From contig JBBSQY010000002.1 in NCBI GenBank assembly GCA_038243585.1, positions 86,857 to 150,856 of the forward strand: a stretch of DNA of 64,000 nt, written 5' to 3'. Source of the stretch: Candidatus Sumerlaeales bacterium. GTDB taxonomy: Bacteria > Sumerlaeota > Sumerlaeia > Sumerlaeales > Sumerlaeaceae. A model generated the notes under the pieces. It saw only the letters and a program-made list of their open reading frames with translations. It was not told the origin of the DNA and made no database searches. The position numbers and the translations under genes are program-made. Within the stretch, counting starts at the first letter, position 1. Each line of letters opens with the position of its first letter. Positions 10,893 to 18,981 of the stretch are shown one piece after another.

Positions 10893-12488
10893 TTAGTTAT
10901 GAGAAGCCGGCGATTCTTCCAGCAGGTCGCGACCTTCTTCTGGGCTTCTTGCATGCCGAGCCTGCTGTTCTACGCTCTCTGAGTCACTATCCAAACCACC
11001 TTCCCCAAGGGCAGAGACAGCCTCAGTCTCGGCGGGTATTGGCTGCTTTGGTCGTGCTGCCGTTTGAGTATGAGCAGTAGAGACTTCGGCAGGCAGGTCT
11101 TTATCAGAGAGCACTCCAGCATCTTCCCGTGTAATGCGAACAACAACTGGAACCTCCTTGTTTACAATCACTTCACGAGCCTCGTCCGGCATGGATATTC
11201 CATTGTCTTGGAACGTTTTTTTAACCATGCGAATGACTGATGAGCGAACTTTTAGCCAGCTGTGCTTCGTACCGTCGAGCCAAAAATAGATCTTGAGATT
11301 TACTGTGGATGGCCCCAGATTATCTACTAAAACCCAAGGTTCAGGTTCGCTCAGAACAGCGGGATGATTGCATAGCACTCCCATCGCTACCTCTTGCACT
11401 TCCGTAATTACGTCATCATATCCGATTCCAATTATAAAGTCCTCGCGCCGATTGGGATTACTGGTATAGTTACGAATGGTGCTTTTATAGATTGTGGCAT
11501 TTGGCACCTGAACATGGTTTCCGTCCAGGGTCATCAGTACAGTCGTCCGAACGGTAAGCCGCTGAACCAGACCTGTAACTTCCTCAACCTCGATAAGGTC
11601 ACCCGACCGAAAGGGTCGTTGGATGCTTAGAAAAATGCTGGCAAGAAAGTTTTCCGTGATATCGCGAAATGCGATACCGATAATCAAGCCAATCAATCCG
11701 GTACCACCAAGTACAGTTACCGCCAGTCGGGCCAGACCAACCACCAGCAGTACTACGTAAAGGCAGAGCAGGAATACACCTGCGCCAGCCGCTATGGCAA
11801 CAACTTCGCGCAGTAGAGGAGTCAGGCTTTCTCTGCGCTGAAAGGTTCGCCGGAGAAATCCCGATATCCCAACCGCAGAAAACCATCCAACTACGAGAAT
11901 GACAATGCCAAAAACAATGAGGGGCAATACTCGGACTACGCTGCGCCACAAATTTTTCAAACTCATCAGAGCTGGAGCCGGATCCCAGAGAGGAGGCGCA
12001 ATAACTTCAATTTGGTTTACGACAGCAACAACGTCACGGGTGTTTCGCGCCAAGTCTCCGGCCCACTTCTTTAAAGACTCAGTTTTGGTGCGTCCGGATA
12101 AAAAAGCAACGCCTTCGTCGACGCTGACACTGGGTTTTTCGAACCACTCTGTTGCCAATAAGATTCTTTCTAAACGGCCGGCAATTTCTGTATCGTCTGA
12201 GCCGGGGCGAACCTCAACTTTGTCAGTCAGCACCGGCTTAGCATCTTCCTCTTCACCCGAGGACAGGGTTTCCTGCTTTGGCGCCCCAGGAAGCAACGAG
12301 CCTGGGGAAAGCTGGGCAAAGACCGGAGAATGTCCGAGTACTATTAAAAACACAAAAAACACGGCCAAGTTCCAGCAGCAGACCTTGCAGGATAACTGGC
12401 TATGCCTTCGCGGGAGGATAAGGTTGGTAGTAAACACGGAAACTCTCGCGTGCAATCGCTGTGCCAATGGGCGGTGCGGCATAGTCAC
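10893..12488 (-). CDS. Small-conductance mechanosensitive channel (MscS) with an N-terminal BON-like domain
   Basis: GIAFRDITENFLAS, PFRSGDLIEV and VPNATIY motifs; BON-like VDEGVAFLSG...VVAVVNQIEV segment. Confidence 0.9.
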   Translation of the reverse strand: MTMPHRPLAQRLHARVSVFTTNLILPRRHSQLSCKVCCWNLAVFFVFLIVLGHSPVFAQLSPGSLLPGAPKQETLSSGEEEDAKPVLTDKVEVRPGSDDTEIAGRLERILLATEWFEKPSVSVDEGVAFLSGRTKTESLKKWAGDLARNTRDVVAVVNQIEVIAPPLWDPAPALMSLKNLWRSVVRVLPLIVFGIVILVVGWFSAVGISGFLRRTFQRRESLTPLLREVVAIAAGAGVFLLCLYVVLLVVGLARLAVTVLGGTGLIGLIIGIAFRDITENFLASIFLSIQRPFRSGDLIEVEEVTGLVQRLTVRTTVLMTLDGNHVQVPNATIYKSTIRNYTSNPNRREDFIIGIGYDDVITEVQEVAMGVLCNHPAVLSEPEPWVLVDNLGPSTVNLKIYFWLDGTKHSWLKVRSSVIRMVKKTFQDNGISMPDEAREVIVNKEVPVVVRITREDAGVLSDKDLPAEVSTAHTQTAARPKQPIPAETEAVSALGEGGLDSDSESVEQQARHARSPEEGRDLLEESPASHN

Positions 12489-12560
12489 GCCATACGCATA
12501 ACTTTATATTATACGTGCTGTGGCTAATAATGAATCGAGGTTAATCTGGTTCAGCGCCTC

Positions 12561-13097
12561 TTAGCTGCGAACCATTGAACTTAATGTGGATAAGCTGCTT
12601 TTTTCAGGAGCGTTAGATATGACTGAGAATGTACCGTCAGTTTCTAAGACGACCCCTTCTGCTTCTGTAGACGCCGAGCCACTATTTCGGAGAGCGGACA
12701 GAATTTCAGCCTCCGTTATACGGGCGCGCCGCATGTTACCTCGCAAATACTCGCCTTGATACATTAACAATGTCGGTTCCGATTTTACTAATTTCTCGAA
12801 CTGCGGAAATCTGACAGAAAGCCACGAAACAACAAACTGAAGAGAAGCCAACAGCAAAAATGCCAGGATTCCCTCTAGAATCGCAACATCTTTAGATAGC
12901 ACGATAGTAGCCAAAGTAGAGCCTAGGGCGACCGTTACCACAAGATCGAAAGCGTTCATTTTAGAAAGCGTTCGTTTTCCAAAGGTACGCAACACAGTGA
13001 CTAGTGCAACGTAGCTTACAGATCCAGCAATCAAAACACGAAGCAGTCCATACCATGAATCAAAAAGCATACTTGGCAGCGAATCAGGTAACTCCAT
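12561..13097 (-). CDS. DUF421/YetF family membrane protein
   Basis: GKRTLSKMNAFDLVVTVALGS and VVLETDGTFSVI motifs. Confidence 0.9.
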   Translation of the reverse strand: MELPDSLPSMLFDSWYGLLRVLIAGSVSYVALVTVLRTFGKRTLSKMNAFDLVVTVALGSTLATIVLSKDVAILEGILAFLLLASLQFVVSWLSVRFPQFEKLVKSEPTLLMYQGEYLRGNMRRARITEAEILSALRNSGSASTEAEGVVLETDGTFSVISNAPEKSSLSTLSSMVRS

Positions 13098-13197
13098 ATT
13101 GCGATGTCTCCTTCTGATCGAGCAGCTTCGGGCCTATGCAAAGGAACAGTAACGCGTCTGGTAAGGCTGTAAACTATTGATCTCAATGGGTTTGAAT

Positions 13198-13221
13198 TTG
13201 GTAGCGACGAGTGGAGTTGAA
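13198..13221. repeat. att core, distal copy (duplicated tRNA-Met 3' end)
   Basis: TTGGTAGCGACGAGTGGAGTTGAA is identical to 23725..23748; the match extends to 27 of 28 bp. Confidence 0.95.
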
Positions 13222-13331
13222 GGATTCGTCGTGGTATTGATACCATTAGACATACGCCCTATATATGGCTACTACACTCAATTTACATCCAATCTATTAT
13301 AGTAGTAGTATCAAACAAATTCCCTTCTATA

Positions 13332-13387
13332 GCCACATATACGCCTTAGAGACTTTACCCTATTTACCCTGTTTACCCTGTTCTAAA
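13332..13387. repeat. Left subterminal inverted repeat with 3x TTTACCCTR 9-mers
   Basis: GCCACATATACGCCTTAGAGAC-TTTACCCTA-TTTACCCTG-TTTACCCTG-TTCTAAA; an inverted near-copy lies at 23530..23586. Confidence 0.85.
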
Positions 13388-14529
13388 AACAATGCCAGCC
13401 GGTTAATGACGACGCGCCTTAGCCGGTCCGGATCCATAAGCTCCGCATAATGCTTATCTGTCATCCCTGCCGGTGCATGGCCTATATAAGCGCCATAGTC
13501 TGACAATGCGACGTCGGCCTTTACGCATAGGTTAACGAATGTTTTTCTAACGTCCTTCGGATCCATGTCGGCGTATGCGGGAATGTCGAAATCCGCCGCC
13601 ACGCTATTGAGTAGCCGGCGCAGGCTTAATCCAACGCTGTGGTGGGTCGCGTCAAATCCCTCGGTGTTCGTGACTACCAGCGCCTCAGGGGCCATCCTAG
13701 ACAGCTCAGCGGCCATCCATGCAGAGACTGCCGGCAGGATAGGAATGGATCGCGCACGATACTTGTTTTTCGACAGCTTAATGGATAGCATATTGCTTGT
13801 GAAATCGAAGTCGCCGACGCGCAGGCGGATAATTTCTTTAATGTTACACCCTACCAAACAGCCTAGAACAACAGCCCGTGGGATCGCACGGTTGACGCGC
13901 ATATTAGCGCATCCCCATAAAAGCGCCACCTGGTCAGCGTTTATGTAGTTTTTCTCCGGTGTGGATTCATCGGTTAAAAATCCGCTCTGGATTACCAGGG
14001 GATAGTACCGGCGCGGATCTGATCGTGCCTGGTTCTTTGCCGTCATAGTCAGAACGCCGATGTAGTGCCGTATGCTCTTTGGCTTTAATCCCTGGTCATG
14101 TAGAAATTTGACATAATCCTGTGCTACCGCGCCCGTGACTTTTTCCCAATATGATATGTTGGGGCCATCACCTTCTAACCAGTTTATGAAGTATTTTTCA
14201 AACCTGCGAAGATCCGCACGACGGTCATCTGTTTTGGCTCTGGCGTGCGTAATGGCTTTTCTGATAGCGTCGCCGATTAGGTCGCCGTCCATCCGGTCCA
14301 TAACATGAGAAAAGCGGGAGCCTAGAATGTCCCTAAGCTCCCGCGCCATCTTCTTCACTTCATCCGGCAGGGTAATTCCTGCCAGTTGCTTTTCCGTCTC
14401 CGCTTTTATGCCGGTGCTCTTCGACAGCCGTTTACCGGCAGTATCACGATAAACTAAATAGTAGCGCTTATCACTACTCTGGATCCTTATAGTAACGGCT
14501 CCGATTTTTTCCACTGTTCGCAGGGTCAT
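13360..14529 (-). CDS. Tyrosine recombinase/integrase
   Basis: N-terminal arm-binding-like YYLVYRDTAGKRLSKSTG; box I-like GCNIKEIIRLRVGDFD; SKNKYRARSIP; DVRKTF; IGH...MTDKHY with the catalytic Tyr; adjacent to att. Confidence 0.88.
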   Translation of the reverse strand: MTLRTVEKIGAVTIRIQSSDKRYYLVYRDTAGKRLSKSTGIKAETEKQLAGITLPDEVKKMARELRDILGSRFSHVMDRMDGDLIGDAIRKAITHARAKTDDRRADLRRFEKYFINWLEGDGPNISYWEKVTGAVAQDYVKFLHDQGLKPKSIRHYIGVLTMTAKNQARSDPRRYYPLVIQSGFLTDESTPEKNYINADQVALLWGCANMRVNRAIPRAVVLGCLVGCNIKEIIRLRVGDFDFTSNMLSIKLSKNKYRARSIPILPAVSAWMAAELSRMAPEALVVTNTEGFDATHHSVGLSLRRLLNSVAADFDIPAYADMDPKDVRKTFVNLCVKADVALSDYGAYIGHAPAGMTDKHYAELMDPDRLRRVVINRLALFLEQGKQGK

Positions 14530-14761
14530 GCTTTTTTTGTTTCATCCTGACTGGTTTTAAGTCAATACTGGTTTTGGGATGGAGCAGGCTTTCCACTCTC
14601 TGCCGGCCTATTTCGTCCAAATAGTGAATGATGGTCCCGCCCCAATACCTGCCCCGAATGGTAGCCAGGGGCGCACATTCGTCAGCGAGTTTGCGGCCTA
14701 GCATTATTTCGAGCTCAGCAGCGCCATACCAGCGGTATGGGCGAATGATAGGTTTAAGCAT
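14474..14761 (-). CDS. Small hypothetical protein, possible excisionase/DNA-binding protein
   Basis: Overlaps both the primase stop and the integrase start; WYGAAELEIMLG resembles the start of an HTH. Confidence 0.55.
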   Translation of the reverse strand: MLKPIIRPYRWYGAAELEIMLGRKLADECAPLATIRGRYWGGTIIHYLDEIGRQRVESLLHPKTSIDLKPVRMKQKKHDPANSGKNRSRYYKDPE

Positions 14762-17267
14762 GATTCACCGCCTGGGGGTTCATGTGGTACACTCTGGCAG
14801 GCTTCTTTGCCCCTGGTGATAGAATCTCCGCTTTGCGCAGGATGTGGCGCTCTTCAAGGTAGGAAAGCGCCTCGCTGAATATGCTTTCGTTTTTCATGCG
14901 CTTCTTTACCCGGTCCCACAAATCCGTGTGGCGGATGGGTGATTCTCCGGTACTGCCGGCAAGGTTGCGGATGTGCCTAAGTGCATATTTAGCATTCGAC
15001 TGGACCGGGAGCTCCTTCACGATGCCGAGCACCTGGTCCGCACGATACAGAAAATATGTTCCCAGCGTAATCGCGCTTTTCATCGTGTCAGCCGATATGG
15101 TCCGCCCTGCGTAATCGATGGGGAATTCTGCTACGTGCAGACACGCCGCCAGGCGAAGGATCCTGCCGGCATGTTTAGCGCCCCACTGTGCAATGTCCTC
15201 TTCGCCGAAGTCACCCGTATCTGGGCAAAGTTTAGGCATGAAGTCTTGTCTGAAAGTACGAAATTCAGCAGCAGCGCCATCACTGAGTTTTAGGACTACA
15301 CCATCGTTCGTATCATTTAGCAGGTGCGTAATTGTTTTAAGGTATTTCTGTTTTATCGCCTCATCGATGGGGGGCGCATCTACTTTATAATTTGCAAAGT
15401 CAATGCTGCCACGCAGAAGGATATAACGCTGGATTACGCCGAGCCCTGTAAATGTGTCCTGGTTTATAACGCCGTCAAATGGCTTCGGTTGCACAAACTG
15501 CACGACAGATAAAAGTGGCGCTTCAAGTGTTTCATTCCCACCTGAAACGCGGTCCCGGACGTGCCTCTCTCCGTCATAGCATTTGGGAAATAATGTGCAT
15601 GAGCTTTGCCCGTTGCTATACATCCCACCCATCACGTTAAACAGTTTGGAAGACTCAGCAGAAATAACGATCCCGCTTTCCCTGTTTTGCTTTTCGCCTA
15701 ATGGCTTGAATAGTGATTCTTCGGTGAAATCCTCATATATAAGCCGCCTTGCATTCCGAGCCGGTAGGGCGTCCAATTCCGTTTCAAGGTCCGTGAGCTC
15801 CATTGCCAGCATTTTACGATCCGCAGAAGTGGACGCCTTATTTACTTTTCGCACAACAGCCGCCTGCCGTGCGACAATTATCTTTTCTTCGTTGCCGGCA
15901 AGGATCCGCTCTTGTCTGGATTCGAGCTCATTCTGTTTTCCCCAAAGAACGGCAGGTTCTGAAATGGCTTCCAATGTCGCTGATTTTGTAGCGCCTGGGG
16001 GAAAGATTACCATCACCCATAAGTTTGTGTTTTCCTGCCAGTTTGTTTTGCCTTCAATTATCACACGCCGCTGGATCGTAGACGATAACATCCCCAACGC
16101 AATGGTCGCGGTTACTTCTACCGGCACGTTCTGTTGAACAGCCAGCTCCGCGGCGAAATCTCTTAACCAGGGTGAACCGTCGAATGACTGTAAGGGGAAC
16201 GTCTCCGCGTCTTCGCCAAACATCTCACCCGGCGCTACCTGGTCAATGGATATCAGCTCCGGCCATTCCTCGACCTGGGCAACCGCCGGCTCCCATAGAA
16301 CAGCTACCTTTAGGCGCTCATCATAACTCATTCCTGCCGGCTCTGGGTCGGCCAGGTCTTGGCCTTTTTCCATGCCATCGGTCGGCATGATCCGCACCCG
16401 CGTATTCATCTCATAAAGGTGTGCGGCTAGTCCGTCCATCGCATCAGTGCCAGGCTCGTCAGCATCAGGAATTAAGAAGCCTTCAGAGTTCGCCAGTAGG
16501 CGCCAGTCTGTTTTGTTCCATGTTCCGGCGCTACCTTGCCAGGTGAGTATTAACAGATCAGGCCAGCGCTCCTGTGCGGCCTCCATTGTCTTGTGCCCTT
16601 CACATATTGCCCACGGCCTGGTATCTCCAGCAGCAATCTTGTCAGCCCCATAGAACGGCTTATTGTCCAGGCTACCGTGAAAGTGCCAGCCAGCTTTATA
16701 TTTTCTGCCTTCGTGGGTGTGTTCTGTGTCGTAGTAGTAGCACGGTCTGAATTGCTTACGGTCAAACACTGGGGGATTGTCCCATCGGTAGTCATAATTG
16801 AACAGCGTGCCATCAGAATTTAAGAGGGTGTAGACGTGATCCGGCTTGCCTAATTTGTAAGCTTCTTTTGGCGGTGCAATATCTTCCGGCGGGTTACGAT
16901 TTATGTTGCATATATCTGCCGGCAGGGGTGTAGTTTTGGTAATCCTTGTCGGGATACTTTTAGGTTTTGCCTCGGTTCGCGCCGGGGCAATTTCTTTTTT
17001 TGGGGGGCTTGTGTTTGTCGCTGTGTTCATCCGGTGGTTGCCTCTCAAATCGTCTCTGAAGTGGTCTGCTATTTCTTTGGTGGGGCATTTCATGGTAGTG
17101 CACTTGAACATCACATCCCCAGACTTCGCGCTATCCCATACCAGGCAGTTTAAGCCGCTGCCCTTATGGATGGGGCAATTGATCCTGTAGCAGCCTTTAG
17201 CGTCCGGTCTGGTAGATCGTGCGCTGCCGTTGCCGTACCTGTCGGCAATGTCTGCCGCGTTCATCAT
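14754..17267 (-). CDS. Primase (Zn-finger + Toprim) fused to a DUF3987/YfjI-like domain
   Basis: CPIH...FKC zinc-binding motif; Toprim ICEGHK...PDADEPG...KGQDLAD; C-terminal NLWVMVIFPPGATKS, DFTEESL, YDGE...RDR and GRILRLAACLH typical of DUF3987. Confidence 0.88.
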   Translation of the reverse strand: MMNAADIADRYGNGSARSTRPDAKGCYRINCPIHKGSGLNCLVWDSAKSGDVMFKCTTMKCPTKEIADHFRDDLRGNHRMNTATNTSPPKKEIAPARTEAKPKSIPTRITKTTPLPADICNINRNPPEDIAPPKEAYKLGKPDHVYTLLNSDGTLFNYDYRWDNPPVFDRKQFRPCYYYDTEHTHEGRKYKAGWHFHGSLDNKPFYGADKIAAGDTRPWAICEGHKTMEAAQERWPDLLILTWQGSAGTWNKTDWRLLANSEGFLIPDADEPGTDAMDGLAAHLYEMNTRVRIMPTDGMEKGQDLADPEPAGMSYDERLKVAVLWEPAVAQVEEWPELISIDQVAPGEMFGEDAETFPLQSFDGSPWLRDFAAELAVQQNVPVEVTATIALGMLSSTIQRRVIIEGKTNWQENTNLWVMVIFPPGATKSATLEAISEPAVLWGKQNELESRQERILAGNEEKIIVARQAAVVRKVNKASTSADRKMLAMELTDLETELDALPARNARRLIYEDFTEESLFKPLGEKQNRESGIVISAESSKLFNVMGGMYSNGQSSCTLFPKCYDGERHVRDRVSGGNETLEAPLLSVVQFVQPKPFDGVINQDTFTGLGVIQRYILLRGSIDFANYKVDAPPIDEAIKQKYLKTITHLLNDTNDGVVLKLSDGAAAEFRTFRQDFMPKLCPDTGDFGEEDIAQWGAKHAGRILRLAACLHVAEFPIDYAGRTISADTMKSAITLGTYFLYRADQVLGIVKELPVQSNAKYALRHIRNLAGSTGESPIRHTDLWDRVKKRMKNESIFSEALSYLEERHILRKAEILSPGAKKPARVYHMNPQAVNHA

Positions 17268-17494
17268 TTCTTTTCCTCAATTCTGTAATGCCCGCCGCTG
17301 TGATTCCAGCAGTGTGATAATCGGTGGTCGGGGTCGGTGAATTCCGGCTTCGTCCCGGTGCCGCCGCCGTGTCGGTGTGGCTCTCGGCAGTAGGGGCATT
17401 GTCCTATCAGCAGCCACATACTGCTGTAACGTGACCACTCAGCCCGGCAGTAGAATACCGGCAGTTGTTCCTCGGTGTCGATGGTGGTGGTCAT
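17264..17494 (-). CDS. Small Cys/His zinc-binding protein
   Basis: CPYCREPHRHG...HRLSHC; ATGA-coupled to its neighbours. Confidence 0.65.
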   Translation of the reverse strand: MTTTIDTEEQLPVFYCRAEWSRYSSMWLLIGQCPYCREPHRHGGGTGTKPEFTDPDHRLSHCWNHSGGHYRIEEKK

Positions 17495-17703
17495 CGTTCG
17501 CCACCGCCCAAACCGACAGATCCGCGACGCAGGCCCCAGCGCTCCAAGGCTTTTTCCAGTGAATCAGCATCGACGCGCCGCCGGATGCGGAAAACTGGAT
17601 AATCTGGAACAGTGTTATTATGATAATCTGCCCAGTGATGAAAGGCGTTTGGACTACTGAAACCGGCAAGTTTTGCCGCCGACGTGATGGAGATCAATTT
17701 CAT
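17491..17703 (-). CDS. Small HTH-like DNA-binding protein (paralog of 17700..17918)
   Basis: MKLISITSAAKLAG excisionase/AlpA-like start; 4-bp overlaps with both neighbours. Confidence 0.7.
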   Translation of the reverse strand: MKLISITSAAKLAGFSSPNAFHHWADYHNNTVPDYPVFRIRRRVDADSLEKALERWGLRRGSVGLGGGER

Positions 17704-17918
17704 TTGGTCGCCTCCCGCTTGCCTTGCTTTGCTGCCGAACGTGCATGTGCTTTCCGAATGATCGCCGCCTCGATAGAATCCAAATCGACCCGGTTACCAC
17801 ATCTCAAAATTGGATGTGCTGGAAAATCTGCCTCGTACCGGCCAAGCCAGTTGTTAAACGAGTTCTTGCTTACATGACCCGTAAAAGCCATTGCCGCGTC
17901 TAATGAAACGAAACGCAT
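17700..17918 (-). CDS. Small HTH-like DNA-binding protein (paralog of 17491..17703)
   Basis: ATG at 17918 preceded by a GGAGG RBS; aligns end to end with the downstream ORF. Confidence 0.7.
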   Translation of the reverse strand: MRFVSLDAAMAFTGHVSKNSFNNWLGRYEADFPAHPILRCGNRVDLDSIEAAIIRKAHARSAAKQGKREATK

Positions 17919-18029
17919 TATGCTGCCTCCTGTGTAACTGAAAATTAGTTTCAACCCGCATTAACGACAGTCGGCTACAGGTGGGCGCAAAATAGTTGAA
18001 ATAGTTGTGGTGGGTCGCCCGGCGGGATG

Positions 18030-18059
18030 AAAAAAGCCCCCCGGCGCTTGCCAGGGGGC
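18030..18059 (-). terminator. Intrinsic terminator inside the element, upstream of the replication operon
   Basis: Minus strand GCCCCCTGGC-AAGC-GCCGGGGGGC-TTTTTT, 5 nt after the stop at 18065. Confidence 0.8.
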
Positions 18060-18064
18060 AGTGG

Positions 18065-18280
18065 TTAAAGCGCCTCGACTTCATCCGCCACGGCTCTGAG
18101 TTTATCCGGCAGGTGATCAGCCAGGTGCCGGGCTTCCTCAATGCAAAGCCAGGTAACTTCACCGCGGACTTCCAGGGCAACCAAAGGGATTCCCCCACGG
18201 TACTCGACATAAACTTCAATCCCGTGATCTTTGAAAACATCTTCGCCGGTGAAAACAGGTCGCGTGGTGGTGGCGGTCAT
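18065..18280 (-). CDS. Hypothetical protein (71 aa)
   Basis: ATGA overlap with the upstream ORF; followed by a terminator. Confidence 0.6.
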   Translation of the reverse strand: MTATTTRPVFTGEDVFKDHGIEVYVEYRGGIPLVALEVRGEVTWLCIEEARHLADHLPDKLRAVADEVEAL

Positions 18281-18612
18281 AGCGCTACCGCTGTGAAAAA
18301 CAGATCGGCATCAGCGTCGCGCTTCTCTATGTCATCGCGAAATTCGCACATTGATTTCAATGCGGTATCACGTCCGCTAACTACGGCATTATAGTAGTCG
18401 CTTAAGTCTTCCGAATCCATCAGCGGAATTCTAATCTGGCGAAACAGATCATACAGAATCGTGGCAATGGGTGCAAACTTTGCCAGCATCTGCTCTTTTT
18501 CTTCCCGTGAAAAAACTGCTGAATCTATCACGATAAACTCAGGACGTCCGAAATCAATCTGACTTTCGTTCTCTCTGTGGGTAACGGGGTTTGTTGCGTT
18601 AATCGTGGACAT
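18277..18612 (-). CDS. Hypothetical protein (111 aa, acidic)
   Basis: ATG with an AAAGG RBS; coupled to the downstream ORF. Confidence 0.6.
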   Translation of the reverse strand: MSTINATNPVTHRENESQIDFGRPEFIVIDSAVFSREEKEQMLAKFAPIATILYDLFRQIRIPLMDSEDLSDYYNAVVSGRDTALKSMCEFRDDIEKRDADADLFFTAVAL

Positions 18613-18853
18613 AAAAAAATCAACCTTTCGATACTTCGTGGTTGACGGAGACTGACACGCACCTTCAGGAATGCGTATAGGTCATTCGGTGTGCAATCAC
18701 CGTCTTGACTCAGGCCCTGGGTTGCGCTGAACACGCTTCCTGGGGCCGCTTATTTATCCGGCATGGTCTTACTGCCGGGCGTTGGCAAGAGAAATCGACA
18801 TCACGGCGCGATTCCAGCCACTCTGAGCCACTTTAGCAGTTGCCTGCGTGTGT

Positions 18854-18979
18854 TTGCACCGTCGGCACATGAACGAAAGCCAGCGGGCAATGATTGGCGC
18901 GAAGATCGCCAATATGGTGCGGGGTGAAAATCAGCATACGCAAATTTGCGGAACCATATCCCAATCCGACGCCGCTGAA
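18854..18979 (+). pseudogene. Fragment resembling phage ParB-like/HTH proteins
   Basis: Translates as LHRRHMNESQRAMIGAKIANMVRGENQHTQICGTISQSDAAE, matching the NLHRRHLxxSQRAM...SQxxAA pattern; no N-terminal domain is present. Confidence 0.55.
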
Positions 18980-18981
18980 CA

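Noticed and set aside
10893..13197. mscS/DUF421 as cargo of the element or of a second island
   Set aside because: They lie outside the att repeat, and I found no further att copy or mobility gene to the left.
13354..13382. Telomere-like appearance of the TAGGGTAAA repeats
   Set aside because: Only three internal copies inside an att-bounded element, with no protelomerase or terminal protein; protein-binding iterons are a simpler explanation.
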